This document shows positions 36,109 to 49,629 of a stretch of 64,000 nucleotides of DNA, one piece after another. The notes below the pieces were generated by a model, which was not told the origin of the DNA, searched no databases, and was given only the letters and a program-made list of their open reading frames with translations. The position numbers and the translations under genes are program-made. This stretch comes from Felis catus (Eukaryota), in assembly GCF_018350175.1 (NCBI RefSeq), contig NC_058368.1:17734001-17798000 (forward strand), given 5' to 3'. Numbering within the stretch: the first letter of the stretch is position 1; every line of letters begins with the position of its first letter.

Positions 36109-37279
36109 GTATCAATATTAGTAATGATATTGTACCACTGCACCTGCAAACATTTCATTCTATCATAGCTTCCAGTTTCAGATGCTTCACTGGCAGGTAT
36201 AGGAGTTCACCAAACAGATAATACTAATCAATACTACTATAATATAGTAATAGTAAATACTTAATCAAAAGCAGAGGGCTCTGCCTTACTGCTTGCTCAC
36301 GCTATTATAGCAAATTTTCTGAAACGAACTGCATGTCTATAACTAAGCATAATTCTATTCCTTTTCCTCCTCCAACACTAGATTATGAAAATGGTCACAC
36401 TTACAGAGAGGTTGGAAAAATTGTTCAGTGAATACTCATACACCAACGATCCAGATTCTAGGATTAATAGGTTTTAAAGGTTGTTCTATTACCTATCTGC
36501 CCATTTTTCCATTCTTCCTTTGATCCATCAATGCATCTTTTTTGGGGGGTGGGGTAGGGAGGAGACGCTTGCCACCATAGCTTTCAAGAACTCGTACATA
36601 TGACATCTCTTTCATTATTCATACTTTTGCCATTTTCTTCCCTTGGCCCATAGTCCGCACAAAGCTAGCAGGCAAACACAAAAGTTTGACTCAAAAGTAA
36701 TAGGGACATAACACTACATCCTTATGGCCCGATGCTACTAAATTAGGACCATCAACCTGGAAGTGATTTATATACAAATCTAGAGCAATGAATACCTCTA
36801 AGCTTTTCACATTCTCAAACAACCACTCTAAACCTAAAACAGGACTGGCTTGCTTCACCTGTTTGATCCAGAATTATCTATCAGAACTTCATAAGACATT
36901 TCGCAAAGCCCAGAGTGACAACATAAGGGGTCCAGCACATTCCAGCCAGCCACTCAGCTCAGAGTTTTCAGCAGACACATTTTCTCTGAAGGATCACTGC
37001 TGTTTTGTACAAACTGAATCACCCCTGATTCCCTCTACAGAAGAAAAAAAAGAAAGAACATCATCATCATATTTCAACATGAGAGTGTCCTGAGAGCAAT
37101 GAACTAGGCTTCAACAATATTCTGTCAACAAACAAGCAAAAAACCTAGCTGTAAGTAAATTTACACTGCAAACGTAACCGATCCTGTCCCCACTTTGAAA
37201 ACGTGATGTTAATTCCAAACCAGACTCTGGTCAGTTTCATGTTGGCAAACTATGGTTACCGCAGTCAGATAAATATTCA

Positions 37280-37480
37280 GGTGGTAAACTGTTAGGGACA
37301 AGAGCTTTGGAGTCAGACCTGTATTCGAATACTGTGTCTGCTACTTACTAGTTACTGGCTGAGCAAGTCCCTTAAACTTGAACCCCAAGAGTTTCACCGA
37401 TAAGATGGTACCTCTTTATAAGAGTTGTCAGGAGGACGAGATAAAATGTCCCAGCACGGTGCAGGGCATATGGAAGTAGA
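37280..37480 (+). mobile_element. MIR SINE
   Basis: gctttggagtcagacctgtattcgaatactgtgtctgctacttactag. Confidence 0.7.
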
Positions 37481-38227
37481 TTCCCTCTTATGAAATAAGG
37501 CAGAAAGAGAAGGGGAAGTCAATACTCTTGAACATTTGTATCTATTTCCAGACAGTGGCTCTAATGGAAACAAAGTGCACCACCACCAGGATGCATTGCT
37601 TTGTGGGACAGGTTTGCAGAACTTCTGGGATTGTGGGGCCAATAGTGCATGTGTCCCAAGTCTCCCAGGTAACACATCCTAACTTCGCATCATAAACTAG
37701 AACGCCATCCCTGTCTACCTCCGACCCTTCCCCTGACATACCTACAGGTCTTTGCTTTGATTCCTGCTAATACACTAACTCCCTGTTCCCTTTCCCCCAA
37801 GCCTCTAAGTGATGTGCTCTGCGTGTGAGAAATAATACGGATGCCCCCATGTGCTCGCTGTGTGATCCTCCCAGGGGCCCTGGTGAGCTGACACTAGGCT
37901 CACTAGTGATGGGATTGAGGGCCCAGCAGTGCAGAATCGGCTGGAAAAGAGGCCCCCACGGCACACTGTCTCCTGCAAGAAGTGGACTGGATCTGGGGGT
38001 CGTGTCCTATTTGAATGGAGACAACAGTGGGATCAAGCTGGCCTATTTCCATGCAAATCATGTGAGGCATTGCAACTCACCTCTGGGTCTGGGGCTTGGG
38101 GACAAGGCTGCGTGTCTGAGGAGCTAGTGGGATGTAACCATGTTCCCTTGAAAAGAGGGGAGGCAGGAGAAGGGGAGTAGAGAATGAGTCTTTTCATATG
38201 GCTGCAAAAAATATTAATATATTAAGG

Positions 38228-38436
38228 TTTTTTTAAAAGTTTATTTATTATTTTGAGAGAGAGAGAGCATGAGCAGGGGAGGGGCAGAGAAAGAGGGAGA
38301 GAGAAAGAATCCCAAGCAGGCTCCACACTGTCAGCACAGAGCCGGATGCCAGGCTTGAACACACGAACCGTGAGATCATGACCAGAGCCCAAACCCAGAG
38401 TAGGACTCCTAACCAACTGAGCCAGCCAGACAACCC
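38228..38436 (-). mobile_element. Can-SINE
   Basis: tttatttatt + (GA)n; ends ctgagccagccagacaaccc; TSD aatattaatatatt / aatattaacatatt. Confidence 0.93.
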
Positions 38437-38750
38437 AATATTAACATATTTTAAATTATTATGAAAAGCCAGAGTCTGAAGAAGGGACATGGCTAGAGTT
38501 TAACTCAAATGGGGTCCTGACTTGGAAGCCTACTATAGAGGAATGGCAGGAGGCTAGGAAGCCAGATGCCCTCTGGTGTGGAGCCCGACTCTGCCCTGGT
38601 TGGTGGTGACTTTGGGCAGGTCAGTGACTTTGGGCCTTAGGGTCTCCTCCTGGCCAGCATGGATAAAGCCCCTTGCACCTCTCAGGGATGGCGCGATGAC
38701 CTAAGTAGTGCACGCCAACTGCCCAGGGCACAGCAGCTGCTCTAGTATAC

Positions 38751-39388
38751 TGTGGTTGGACAGTCTCAGTAGACCATGGTTGGACAGTCTCAGTAGACCG
38801 TGGTTGGACAGGTCCAGTAGACCGTGGTTGGACAGTCTCAGTAGACCGTGGTTGGACAGTCTCAGTAGACCGTGGTTGGACAAGTCCAGTAGACCGTGGT
38901 TGGACAGTCTCAGTAGACCGTGGTTGGACAGGTCCAGGAGACCATGGTTGGAGAGTCTCAGTAGACCATGGTTGGACAGGTCCAGTAGACCGTGGTTGGA
39001 CAGTCTCAGTAGACTGTGGTTGGACAAGTCCAGTAGACCGTGGTTGGACAGGTCCAGGAGACCATGGTTGGGCAGTCTCAGTAGACCGTGGTTGGACAGG
39101 TCCAGTAGACCGTGGTTGGACAGGTCCAGTAGACCGTGGTTGGACAGTCTCAGTAGACCGTGGTTGGACAAGTCCAGTAGACCGTGGTTGGACAGTCTCA
39201 GTAGACCGTGGTTGGACAGGTCCAGTAGACCGTGGTTGGACAGTCTCAGTAGACCGTGGGTGGACAGGTCCAGTAGACCGTGGTTGGACAGTCTCAGTAG
39301 ACCGTGGTTGGATAGGTCCAGTAGACCGTGGTTGGACAGTCTCAGTAGACTGTGGTTGGAAAGTTCCAGTAGACCATGGTTGGACAGT
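38751..39388. repeat. Minisatellite (VNTR), 24-bp unit cgtggttggaca(gtct/ggtc/agtc)cagtagac, 26 full units + a partial unit
   Basis: Units counted by hand in exact 24-bp register from 38751; no indels. Confidence 0.98.
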
Positions 39389-41461
39389 TTCGCACGTGAC
39401 AGGTCACTCAGAATAAGCCCACAGAGAGAGGACCTGTATTTGGAGGAAAATCTCACCCTCTCGAGTTCTGACATCCTGACATAAAATTACCCAAGTCAGT
39501 GGAGAACTCAGGTAGAGAAACCTCCTGAAGGAGTGCTGAGCTCCCTGGGGGGTTACCTTGGCCACCTGCTAAGGGTAGTAGAGGATCCTGCTTTAGTTCT
39601 GACATAACAGTACTGAGAAGGCAGAGTAAAACCTCTCTCCTCACTAGTGCCCATAACCAGGACATCAAGTGCCCACAAACAGACTGATCCCATGCCTCCA
39701 ATCCCTGTTCATTTCTTTCCACGTGCTTAAAAAAAAAAAAAAAATTGCCAGGATAAGAAGGGTTGATCTTCGTGTTTATTTTTAAGGTCCTTAAAGTACT
39801 TCAATCAGAGGCCCCACGACAACCTTAAAGTTGGATGCCAGGTGTATTTTTAAGAAGTGGTAAAATCTACCAAGACGAAATGAGTAGTTAGTGAAAGATT
39901 TTCTACAAACTGAGAGGGACGAGCCTTCGGTGCAGTTTACAACCTGCCATAGTCGAGCCGCTTGAAGGTTCGAAGCTCAAGCAAATTCAAAGGATATTTA
40001 GAAAACGCGACGGAGGGAACGCGGAGTGGAAATCTTTTGTAGAAATGAAAACAAGGCTTCATGCCGTGAGACGGCGCTTTCTCTGGAAGTTCTAGACACT
40101 CTGGTGGAGGCTATAACTTCTGCTCCCTAGCAAAAAAATGAAAGCCTGAAGTTGGCCGGATTTTTTGTCTTGGCAAGCTACCGGAGCCGAGGCCAGACTT
40201 GAACCTATGTCTTTACAACTGGTTTTGATGCCACAGGGAGACCCATATGCCACACACATTCCACAAACACCACCACGGGGTTGTAGGGTAATTCAGAGCA
40301 CAGCCTTGGCATATGACCACACGCCCCTCTGGCTTTGGGGTCCTGGATAACTCTCTTGCTCTTCTCTTGGACATGTTTCCTCAACAGCAAACTAGGAATA
40401 AAATCCATACATAAAGCTGCTGTAGGATTATTGTATCTGTATATGTACATATGCATATATATAAATGCAAACATACATAAGCACAAGTACACATATACAC
40501 AGCCATATATAATTATGCATGTAGCCTATGTTATTATTTGAGTATAATATATACAGATTATATACGTACATATTTTTTTACTAGACTATAAGACATTTAT
40601 AACAGGTTTCTACTAACTTTCCTGCTTAGGATATACGTTATTTTCACTACCTATATACTCATTAAAGTACCTTCTCACCACTAAAACAATTGGAGCATAT
40701 GAATATACCATAAAATCTGTGATGGGTGCCAGGGAGGAGGTACAGGTGGCCAACAGACTCAAAACAGACATTTCTTTAAAGAGATTTTTTCCTTCTTCCA
40801 CCTTCTGGGATATCAGGAAAGAAAAACCTCATTTATTTTCCTGAGGTCTTTCTAGAATACCCCCAGTTCCACTGACAAACAGTAAAGCCATCTGGAATAG
40901 CTGACAGACAACAATTTGGAAGCAATTTCTTTGGAGACAGCTATAATGATTTTCCTTTTCTGTTTTCTTTCCCTCCTGAAATGTCAAGGATAACTGAAAC
41001 TTTTTACTTTTCCATCTGTGATTTACTGATCAGTTCCAAACAAGTTTGGAAAGTACTTGAACATTTGTTTCCAGTCAATTCAATACTGTTTTTTTTTTTA
41101 CTTAATTCTATTTTTAAAGTATCACATTCTGTCTTAAGTGTCTTTTTGATATTTAGAAAATATAAAATATTTAAAAACACAAATTGAAACATGATTACAA
41201 CCTATTTCGCCATGGAAAAAACACTGAGTACTTAAAATACTATTGTAAGCAGTCACAATGAAATCATTTGTATCTTTTTCAAAGAGATTATCCAAAGAGG
41301 CTTAATAAAATGAATGTAGAAACAACCCCCCAAATGGGTAAATGTGGCATCTTTCAGAGTAGAACTTGCAGAAGACAGAATCAGGAAATGCCATTCTTAG
41401 CCTGATGGTCTAGTTACCTGAATAGGAATTCTACATAAAGAACATAGCATGGAACATCAGG

Positions 41462-41496
<35 letters not shown>
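41462..41496. repeat. (TA)n(CA)n microsatellite
   Basis: Direct reading. Confidence 0.9.
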
Positions 41497-44001
41497 CCAG
41501 GGATTGAAGCATGAGATATAATAATAAATAATTTGGTAGAGAGATACCATATACATACATACATATATATAATATATTATTATTTTTTTATAATATATTA
41601 TTATGTACATACTATGTGTATGTACAGCTGGCAGGCTGTTGGGTCTGTGCAAAGCGTAGTATTCTTTGCTACGGCGGAATTACAACACTGAAGAAGATCC
41701 ATTCACTCTAGTGTCCGAGAGGAAGAAAAGTAACACAGAAACAACATTTCAAGCTTGTACTTGTTCCATGTTAGCATCAAAACCAATAACTGCCATTGAA
41801 ATCAGTTACATTTTGGCTGGAAATAAGGGAAGGCGGCCCTTGCAGGATGAGTGGGGTTTTAATAAGCAGATGTGGTCGTCCCAGGTGACAGAAAGGGCAC
41901 GGAGAATGGAGATGGGTGGGTGCAAATCTGAGGAAGATAAACGTGGACTGAGGTGAGAATCAGAGAGAAGAGGAGAGCGGCGGCCAAGCAGTTGGGCCGG
42001 GGTCAGTGACTCCTGCAGGAGGTCGTTAATTCTGTGCCAAGGAAGCTGGCCTTCGTTTAGTGGGCAAAGGGACCTGAAGGTTGTGAATTAAGCTCTCAAA
42101 CGTAAGAGATGAAAAGGACCATCAAGATGATCTAAGCTAGAGCTTCTCAAACTTTTCCATCAAAATATTCCTAATGCAGAGGAGAGAACTTCATACCTGA
42201 TGGAGTTGGGGGTCCTGCCTTACAGTGGTCCTCCTGTGAAATAGGTCTTCTTCCACTTGATAAATTATCAAGGGATGTTCCAGTCTACTCCACAGATAAC
42301 CTTATCAGTTGTATAAAAGATGCTTTCTCCCAATAAGGTATCTGTGGTCCAAAAGATACTTGGTGTTCACCCTGTGCCTTCACACATGCACACAGCACCC
42401 CACCCTTTTCCCTTTCAGTGTATGTGGAACTCAGCTAGAAGAATGAAACTAGGCTGCCCCTCAAAAAAGACGATGAAGGGACATGCCCACAGTCACAATT
42501 AGTAAAGGAATGAAAAATGCAATGATATTCCTTATCCCTGTGTCCAAAACTCTTTGTGGCAACACCACACTACTGCCCAGAAAAGAAAGCACCTGATGTG
42601 ACCGGCACAGGGGCACATCACATCCAAACACGTCCAGAAGTCACCACCCAGCATGCACCTGTGAGTGAGACGCAGACTCCACCAGCTGACCCCAAACATG
42701 CCATCTTGTCCCGCCATTCCAGCCACTGCCTCCGGTGGTGGGAGAGAGATGGCTTAGACCAGGCTTCCCCCGGGGGGAACTATCCCCCCACATCACAATT
42801 TCCAGCTCCGTCATGAAGGTAGAATAGAGCCTCAGACAAATGCCCCCTTTCCCTAGCGGAACTGAGCAGGTGCTAATCAAAGTCCGTCAAGCATGATTTG
42901 TACCACCAAGGGATTCCAGGGAGGCAGAAAAAGAAAAATCACAAGGCCATGTTTATCTCCCTTTCATTGCCGGTTCTGGCAACAGTATTGTAGTCAGGCA
43001 GGCTGAGTCAAAACAGTTTGCTAAAAATATGGATCAGCTGAGACCATTTAAAGCCACCTTTTATGGAGTTAACGTTAGGACTTTCCCCTTGGGCTATTTT
43101 GTGTATTCTCTCCCGAGCCTGCCCTTCCAGTGGCATCTAGCCTGAAAAACACAGTCTCTCTCCTTGCCAGGGGATCCGAAGCCTCCCAATGACTGATGAG
43201 TGTGTCTGCATCCTTCCCAGGGTCCTGGGCAACCATTCCCAAGGGGCTCCATCGGTGGGGTGGGATGCTGGGCGAGACTCCGTCGGAGTTTCTGCTGGGG
43301 AGTAATTAGTCCTATGGGTAGACCTGGTGCCCCCGGAGGTGGGACTAGCTGTGAAGCGGTCTGTTTCAACCCTTCCCAGGATAAGTTTCTAGTTTCCCAG
43401 TCTTCTGGAAAGGCGAGGGTTAGATTCCTCAGGATGAACTGCACACCACGATTTTATGTAGATGTTCAACGTGAGGGGAAAAGAAAATCACCCCCACAAC
43501 TGTATTAAGGTTTTCACCCAACTCTGTTCGAATGGCTGCTGGTGATGACACTAAGGGGACCTGGGGGAGGTTTGCTTTCCGAGTAGATTCTATTTCCTTT
43601 ACATTAAAATCAATAAACAAAGGAAATGCAACTGCTTTCAAACAAAACAAGCTTTGCAAAGAGACTATTTTTAGAATGCATTCTCTGGAAATTTGCCTGC
43701 TTTACAGGAATTGGATTTTACTTAAGAAGGGAACCCAATGGAACATGTAGTCCCATAGCTTTCCATGCTGTGTGTGCCCCTCAAAGCCCTATGGGGATCT
43801 CCATGGTGTCGAAACAGCATGCCCAGGGGCGGGGAAAGGGGCCAGGAGATCTGGAGGGGTGGAGAGATAAAGGCCCTGGGCTCCACTGTTCCTTCCATGG
43901 GGCGGCACTGTTTTTCCTGCTCTCATACTGGGTTTCCATATGATCTTTCATACGAGGGAAAGGTTCAGCTCCTAAATATTTTTGGAAACTACCTAACTTG
44001 G

Positions 44002-44430
44002 TCTTGTGGGCTGAGTCGTGTCCCCTCTCCCCCACTGACATATGTCCTAATTCCCAGTCCCTCAGAATGTGATCTTATTTGGAAACGGGGTTGCTGTAGA
44101 TGTAATGAGTTACGACAAGATCGCTGTGGAGTAAAGCAGGCCCCTACCTCCGACATTACTGGTATCCTTCGAAGAAGACACCTGGTCACAGAGGGAAGAC
44201 AGCCATGTGAACATGACATGGGATGTCAGGCTGCCACAAGCCAGGAACACGTGGGGCCACTGGAAGCTACGAGGAGGCACGAAGGTTCCCTAGAACCTTC
44301 AGAAGAGGTGGAGCCCAGCCCATATCTTGATTTCAGACTTCCAGCTTCCAGAACTGAAAGAGAATTACTCTCTGCCGTTTCAAACCATCCAGTGTGTGAC
44401 CCTTTCTTACAGCCCTAGGAAACTAATGTA
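44002..44430 (+). mobile_element. MaLR solo LTR, MLT1B/C-like
   Basis: tgggctgagtcgtgtcccc...cctcagaatgtgatcttatttggaaa ... ttgatttcagacttccagcttccagaactg ... agccctaggaaactaat. Confidence 0.85.
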
Positions 44431-45274
44431 CCCAGTCAAAACGATTTTCTTCTCTCACTGTTTAATTGTTTTACCCTCTTAGGCAATATGTTGATAAAGG
44501 AAAGGACATTTTTAAAACACGCAGAAAGCGCTTTTCTCAGTTTCTCAGCTGAGTCACCGATTCCGGCCCTTAATCCTCACCTCCAGAGCATACATCTCTT
44601 AAGGAAATGCCTCCCCACACAGACACGGGGGCCCCAGTTTCTCCAAGCACGACGCTGAGGTTCGAGGAGGAGACCGCACTCAGATGCCACATGCAGGTGC
44701 CGTAAATCCCTGCCTTACCGCTGGGTCTAGGAACTGAGGCCAGTCAGGGATGTTCATGTTCAAAACCTGGAGAAAGCACACTGACACATCAGACTCAGTT
44801 ACCCACGCGTGCTTGGCGCGTGAGACACAAGTGGTTTGGTGATAATTCATATGCAAATAGCTTCTTTCTCTGAAGGGCTTAAAGAAAGGTACAGCAGACT
44901 TTTACTTCATTAATCCTTGCAAGCCACCCATGAAGAAGGTAAAGTAAGGTCGTACCTCCTCCCCCTTCTCTCTGGTTCATCTCAAGGTTGGCTGCTTGCT
45001 TTCCTCTTTATTCTTGTGCTCGGCAGCATGGTGGAATTTCTCTCCTTCCACTATAGAGACTTTTATTTTGAAGCTGTGTTCATGTTTCCCTAGAACCTAT
45101 TTCTGGCAGCTCCTGGTTAGTAGAAGAAAATTATCCCCGTTCCCCCACCCCCACCTCTTTTTTTTTGGGCAGAGGAAGGCTTCTCAGAAGGACCCAATCT
45201 ATTCTGAAACTACCATTTATTTAAAGTTTGTGCTCCTGAATTATCCTGAGGTTTAGGAGACTCAGTGTGCATGA

Positions 45275-45278
<4 letters not shown>

Positions 45279-45316
<38 letters not shown>

Positions 45317-45366
45317 AGAGAGAGAGAGAGGGAGAGAGAGAGAGAGAGAGAGGGAGAAAGAGAGAG
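45279..45366. repeat. Compound (GT)n(GA)n microsatellite
   Basis: Direct reading. Confidence 0.95.
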
Positions 45367-45757
45367 TAGCAATAACCTTGCCAAGTGGCATTAGAATGCC
45401 GTCAAAGGTGTTTCAGGGGTGGAGGCGGGATCTCAGCATCTCAGCAGACACCTCATCACTACACGTATCTTTGGCAACTCTCTTGGTCAGTTTTCAGATC
45501 GTGATCCTCCTCCCAGAATAGCCATGGCTAAGAAACATGGCGGAGACACACTCAAGGAAACTGAAGACGAAAGCACTTTAGCCCCAACCCCTACTTTAAA
45601 CAGGGCTGTTTCTCCTTTGCCCGTTTTCTTACTGAGTTTCTTGAGTAAGCAATTCTGTCTCCTGAGCACCTTCATGGATCTCAGGCAAAGATTCAGGAAA
45701 GAGCAGCGGATTTCTCTGAGCTCTCTGGAGAAAGAAGTTATGAAAAAGGAAAAATTA

Positions 45758-45978
45758 GGGGCGCCTGGGTGGCTCAGTCGGTTAAGCGGCCGACTTCGGC
45801 TCAGGTCACGATCTCGCGGTCCGTGAGTTCAAGCCCCGCGTTGGGCTCTGTGCTGACAGCTCAGAGCCTGGAGCCTGTTTTGGATTCTGTGTCTCCCTCT
45901 CTCTCTGACCCTCCCCTGTTCATTCTCTGTCTCTCTCTGTCTCAAAAATAAATAAACGTTAAAAAAAATTTGAAAAAA
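45758..45978 (+). mobile_element. Can-SINE (felid, fairly young)
   Basis: Intact head/body; TSD aaaaaggaaaaatta both sides. Confidence 0.97.
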
Positions 45979-46377
45979 AAAAAGGAAAAATTAGAGTGCC
46001 ATGTAACATTGGGTTCTCTGGGCTTGACCTGGAGGCTGTACCTTTAATTCCCCACAATGAGAAACATTAATATCTATATTTCTCAGTTTGCTAAGGGGCT
46101 AAAGCTTTTCTGTACAGGGTGGAGTAAGACATTTCAATCTTCACCAGCCCGTATTTGGGGCAACTCAGGAAAGGGCTACATTCTACCAACCTGGAAGCTT
46201 TGTTGATACGCGTTTGCCTTCTAGAGTGCTGTGGACTGATGGCGTTTAGCCAAGAGCCACCAGGCTAGGATCTAGCGGAGCACCTCCCGCAGTCATTTGA
46301 CATGCATCCTGCCAACCCACCCTACAGCTGAAAGCTTCTCATTGGGCCGATAATTAGGGCAAGACCTCAGGTTTTTA

Positions 46378-46600
46378 TTTATTTTTTTTTTAAATTTTTT
46401 TAACGTTTATTTATTTTTGAGACAGAGACACAACATGAACGGGGGAGGGGCAGAGAGAGAGGGAGACACAGAATCGGAAACAGGCTCCAGGCTCTGAGCC
46501 ATCAGCCCAGAGCCTGACGCGGGGCTCGAACTCACAGACCGCGAGATCGTGACCTGAGCTGAAGTCGGACGCTTAACCGACTGCGCCACCCAGGCGCCCC
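46378..46600 (-). mobile_element. Can-SINE (felid, young)
   Basis: Intact; perfect 17-bp TSD aagacctcaggttttta. Confidence 0.97.
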
Positions 46601-47544
46601 AAGACCTCAGGTTTTTAAAAACCCTATCGCTTCCCAGATGCTATAAAAATTCCAACCAAAGGCTTTCGAAGTTTCAACACAAGTGTTTGCAAGCCAAAAC
46701 GGCTTAACACTCAATCTGGTTTATTCTGCTGCTTGTATTAAAATCGGCAACTAACCACATTTCCATACTACTCACAGTCATCTCGTTGAGAGGTATAGAG
46801 ATCACAGTCTAAGGCGGTACTGATACATTCATTTCTGCTCAAAATGGTCTGGAAGATTCGGAGGAAAAACTGAGGTTAGCCTCTTTGGGGAGAAGGCTGT
46901 TAAAACAGAAGGTTCTAAATGAGCAAGAAAGATATGATAATTAGCATTAGGAGGAAAAAAGGGATCACTAAGAAGGAGCCACAATTAGAAGGGAGGTACA
47001 CAAGTTCGTTCTAAACTTGTATCAACCACATTTATGTAGATATATCTTGATTAGTAGTAGCCAAGGATAGCAGAATTGAGAAGACAAGGCAGGAATTATT
47101 AACTCCTGTTTGTGGAAGGGGGAGAGGCACGGGGTCTTAAAAGGATTGAATTTTATAAAGATCAAGCTGTGGAAAAGAAAGAAATTCATACAGTCAAAAT
47201 GTTATGTCTAATATTGCCTAATGTTGCCTGTCTCTCGCATCCTGAACAAGGTAAATTACATCATTGCCAGCACCGGCAAGGGGTTGGAGAGGCTCTCGTG
47301 ATCAGAGGATGTTGATTTCCAGGGTTAAAATAAAGAAATACATAAAACAAAACCTGATCCTGGAAAGCAAAGCCAAGGGGAAGGGGAATTAATAACAGCC
47401 AAATTTAAAAAATAGAATGGCAATATTGTGCACCTCAGCAAGATACCTTTTGCTTCAATCGGTATTTTCTGTGAATGCTAACTTGTTAAAAAAAAAAAAA
47501 AAGATTGGCCTGAGTTCAATCAAATGTAAACTGACATTCGGCTA

Positions 47545-47920
47545 TTCAGCTTTTCAGCCATGCCAGCCACATTTCACATCTTCAGTTGTCACACATGGCT
47601 GGTGGCAACGGTACTGGACAGCACAGATACAAGACATTTTCATTATGGACAGACAGTTCTATTGTACGGCATTCTTTTATTGTTTTTAATGTTTATTTAT
47701 TTTGAGGGAGACAGAGAGAGAGCGAGAGAGAGAGAGCAAGTGGGGGAGGGGCAGACAGAGAGGGCGAAAGAGAATCTCAAGCAGGCTCCACACTGTCAGC
47801 ATAGAGCCCGATGTTGGGCTCGAACCCATGAACCGTGAGATCATGACCTAAGCTGAAACTAAGAGTCAGATACTGAACCGACTGAGCCACCCAGGTGCCC
47901 CTGGACAGCGTTGTTTTAGA
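47545..47920. mobile_element. MER3-like hAT relic interrupted by a Can-SINE
   Basis: agccacatttcac...cacatggctggtggcaacggtactggacagcacagata ... tggacagcg. Confidence 0.6.
47679..47901 (-). mobile_element. Can-SINE
   Basis: Ends gactgagccacccaggtgcccc; (GA)n; T tail. Confidence 0.95.
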
Positions 47921-48339
47921 AGGACTATTGTAAGGACGGCTGGCATTAGTAAGACCCTTGTGTAGCTTCCTCGCACCAAAAAGGCTGTCGGTTTCAACTG
48001 TTGTGTTCATCCTAAATTTCTTTCATTCCTTTCCAATATTATGTGTCCAGATTCACCTACCTCAAGCTTAACCACCAGTGATATAAACAAGGAAGAAATA
48101 TTATAGAAAAAGGTAACTTAAACACATAGCACACTATCCTGTAATTAATTCATGCATAGAAAGCTAAGTTGGATGATTCCTCTATAGAGCCTATGGGACG
48201 TTAGGTTCTGGCCTCCCCACTCCGCGGGGTGAAACTGCAAATATCACAGCAGACACACTGGGCATTTGAAGTCCAACAATTACAGAGCCCCCAAAGTCGT
48301 CTCAAATACGGGAGATTCTACAACATTTATTCAGACTTT

Positions 48340-48557
48340 TAAATTTTTTTTTTTCAACGTTTATTTATTTTTGGGACAGAGAGAGACAGAGCATGAACGG
48401 GGGAGGGGCAGAGGGAGAGGGAGACACAGAATCTGAAACAGGCTCCAGGCTCCGAGCCATCAGCCCAGAGCCCGACGCGGGGCTCGAACTCACGGACCGC
48501 GAGATCGTGACCTGGCTGAAGTCGGACGCCTAACCGACTGCGCCACCCAGGCGCCCC
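48340..48557 (-). mobile_element. Young Can-SINE (SINEC_Fc-type)
   Basis: Intact CpG-rich body; TSD tattcagacttt. Confidence 0.97.
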
Positions 48558-49327
48558 TATTCAGACTTTCAGAAAAGTGCACACAAGTGCCGAAGTCATC
48601 TGCGTGAACCCTCTTACACCAGCAAGGAAAAAACAAGGACCCTGTGCTCCTCCGTCTCTACTTCTGTCCTGTAACACTGAGGACCTCGCTGTCTTGACTG
48701 CAGAGGGGAACTTCATCAGTGTCGCCATCACACGGAGGAGACTGGAGGCAACAGGGGAACACGACCTCACCAGCTCAGGCCATCAACTGCAGCACGGTGT
48801 GCAGTCGGGGGCGTTCTCCATTTGTGCCTGTTCTTTCCAGTCGTTATTACTAGACGGGTGCTGAAGCACAGGGGTTAGCAGCATGAGAATCTCGGCTTTT
48901 TGGAGATACACACACACAGCCTTCTCCTTCTGAGTTTTTTTTTAATTCAGGTTTCTCAATAGTATCATGAACTCTACTGCCAAATCATTCTCATAGTCTT
49001 CCTGATTTGCCAATACTCTACCACCACGATCCAACCGTCTGATTTCCATCACTTTTATCTTGCTGTGAACAGTGCGCCAGAATGGTTAGGGTGTGGGCCG
49101 AAAGGCTTGTTAACATATGTGAACTCCATAGGGCCAGTTAGCTCAGCCCCAGCAATCCCCTTCACCCTGTTGCCCCCAAAACAGGAGCCACTGGTCACAG
49201 AACCACTGGGGAAACAGGAAAAGATCTGAGCCTCTGCTTAAAAAAAAAAAAAAATCAATCCAAATGATAAGCTGAATGGGAAGTGGAGTATTCAGAGGAC
49301 AGATTTCTCGGTGGATAACGCATAAAC

Positions 49328-49629
49328 TTCCGCTGTCCAAGACCGTAGGCACTAGCTACGTGTGGCTATGGAGGACTTGAAATGTGCTTAGTCCAAACTG
49401 AGATATGCTAACTGTGTAAACTACACATGCATCACCAAGGCTTAATATGGAAAAAAAAAATAATTTTTATGTCAATTACATGTTGAAATGACAATATCTA
49501 GATATATTAGATTACAAAAAAAAAAAATCAAAGCTAATTACAGGCTTCTTTTTGTTTTTTAAAATATAGTTCCCAGAAAATTTTCAATGACATATGTGGC
49601 CCACATTATATTTCTATTGACAACACAGG
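49328..49629. mobile_element. MER33-like hAT-Charlie relic
   Basis: gctgtccaagaccgtaggcactagctacgtgtggcta...acttgaaatgtg ... attacatgttgaaatgacaata ... acatatgtggcccacattatatttctattg. Confidence 0.75.

Noticed and set aside
38751..39388. Possible CRISPR-like array
   Set aside because: No unique spacers (only recurring 4-bp variants), no cas genes, mammalian context
38701..39484. 257/258-aa ORFs on both strands (LSNHGLLR / WLDSLSRP repeats) and a mucin-like STETVQPR frame
   Set aside because: Open frames follow from a stop-poor 24-bp unit. The nearby minus-strand acceptor (tacAG at 39435-39434) entered in LHFPL6 phase 1 hits a stop after 8 codons (GPLSVGLF*), and the STETVQPR frame has a stop just upstream and no start.
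39920..39985. Small hairpin gcttga...tcaagc with B-box-like ggttcgaa
   Set aside because: 6-bp stem only, no A box or tRNA/miRNA-length structure
43765..44418. 217-aa ORF
   Set aside because: Mostly overlaps an MLT1 LTR; no domain similarity
44851..44858. Octamer ATGCAAAT (also at 21939 and near 55247)
   Set aside because: A few occurrences are expected by chance in 64 kb of AT-rich DNA
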